DNA of 64,000 bases, from IMG/VR virus record IMGVR_UViG_3300045988_121070, one strand, 5' to 3'. The notes beneath the pieces are model-generated. The model saw only the letters and a list, made by a program, of their open reading frames with translations, did not search any database and was not told where the DNA came from. Shown piece after piece: positions 63,633 through 64,000 of the stretch. Origin of the DNA: a virus. The translations under genes were made by a program, and so were the position numbers. Each line of letters begins with the position of its first letter. Position 1 is the first letter of the stretch.

Positions 63633-64000
63633 TTAGGCAGCCCAGGGAATGTCTGCCAACTTTTCGGGACAATAGTTTTTAATGAGTGCTAAGAACCAGC
63701 CTCGCTGTTTAGGGTCAGAGAGGAAGCCAGACCACCCTTCTTCTTTCGTCTGTGTGAAATAATCGATGTGGTCGATATCTTCACCATGGTAAAGACAGTT
63801 CGCCACGTTTTCTGCTTCATCGTTACCATCGTCTGTGTCTTCATCGTAAGGCTTCAGACCGGCATAGACATCCAGCAGGCGTGTCGCGGACTCGTCAGGT
63901 TCCCACTCGTCATACTCTGTGCCATCTTCATCGATGACCTGGCATAGCGTCTCAGCAAAGAAGAAAGTCAGCGGCTTGTCACTTAGGACCTCGATAGTGC
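63633..64000 (-). CDS. partial CDS (C-terminal part; the N-terminus lies beyond the window end), acidic
   Basis: frame open from the window edge to TAA at 63635-63633: ...PYDEDTDDGNDEAENV...QRGWFLALIKNYCPEKLADIPWAA. Confidence 0.45.
   Translation of the reverse strand, partial: TIEVLSDKPLTFFFAETLCQVIDEDGTEYDEWEPDESATRLLDVYAGLKPYDEDTDDGNDEAENVANCLYHGEDIDHIDYFTQTKEEGWSGFLSDPKQRGWFLALIKNYCPEKLADIPWAA

Overview
This 64-kb window is a densely coded stretch of a tailed dsDNA phage, possibly a phage-plasmid. The host is probably in the Bacteroidota: TAnnTTTG -7 promoter boxes sit 19-62 nt upstream of operon-leading start codons, and no Shine-Dalgarno sequences are evident. Genes form four strand blocks: minus 1-39165, a short divergent island 39372-41286, plus 41497-54916, and minus 54987-64000. 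Recognisable content: (1) a head module with an S49 protease-scaffold and a putative major capsid protein, and a 1938-aa tape measure protein; (2) FabF-like ketosynthase and ACP genes directly behind the tape measure gene; (3) a replication module with dUTPase, sliding clamp, SSB-like protein, primase-helicase, DEDDh exonuclease, NAD-ligase and a ThyX-like enzyme; (4) five DNA methyltransferases; (5) four radical-SAM enzymes; (6) a plasmid-type Rep-iteron-ParA-RHH module. Three sequence-level phenomena stand out. (a) A circularly permuted C5-methyltransferase core (28784-30465) is flanked by 12 tandem cassettes resembling target-recognition domains (TRDs), spanning 27065-30987, and each cassette contains a G7-G11 homopolymer. 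(b) G/C runs of 7-11 nt occur in all five methyltransferase genes. In 11 of 20 genic runs the frame is off by exactly one base. (c) A composite palindromic repeat has more than 40 copies, sits almost always in the same orientation on the plus strand whatever the gene direction, and is found both between genes and in frame inside genes. All family calls were made by eye from motifs. No database search was run.
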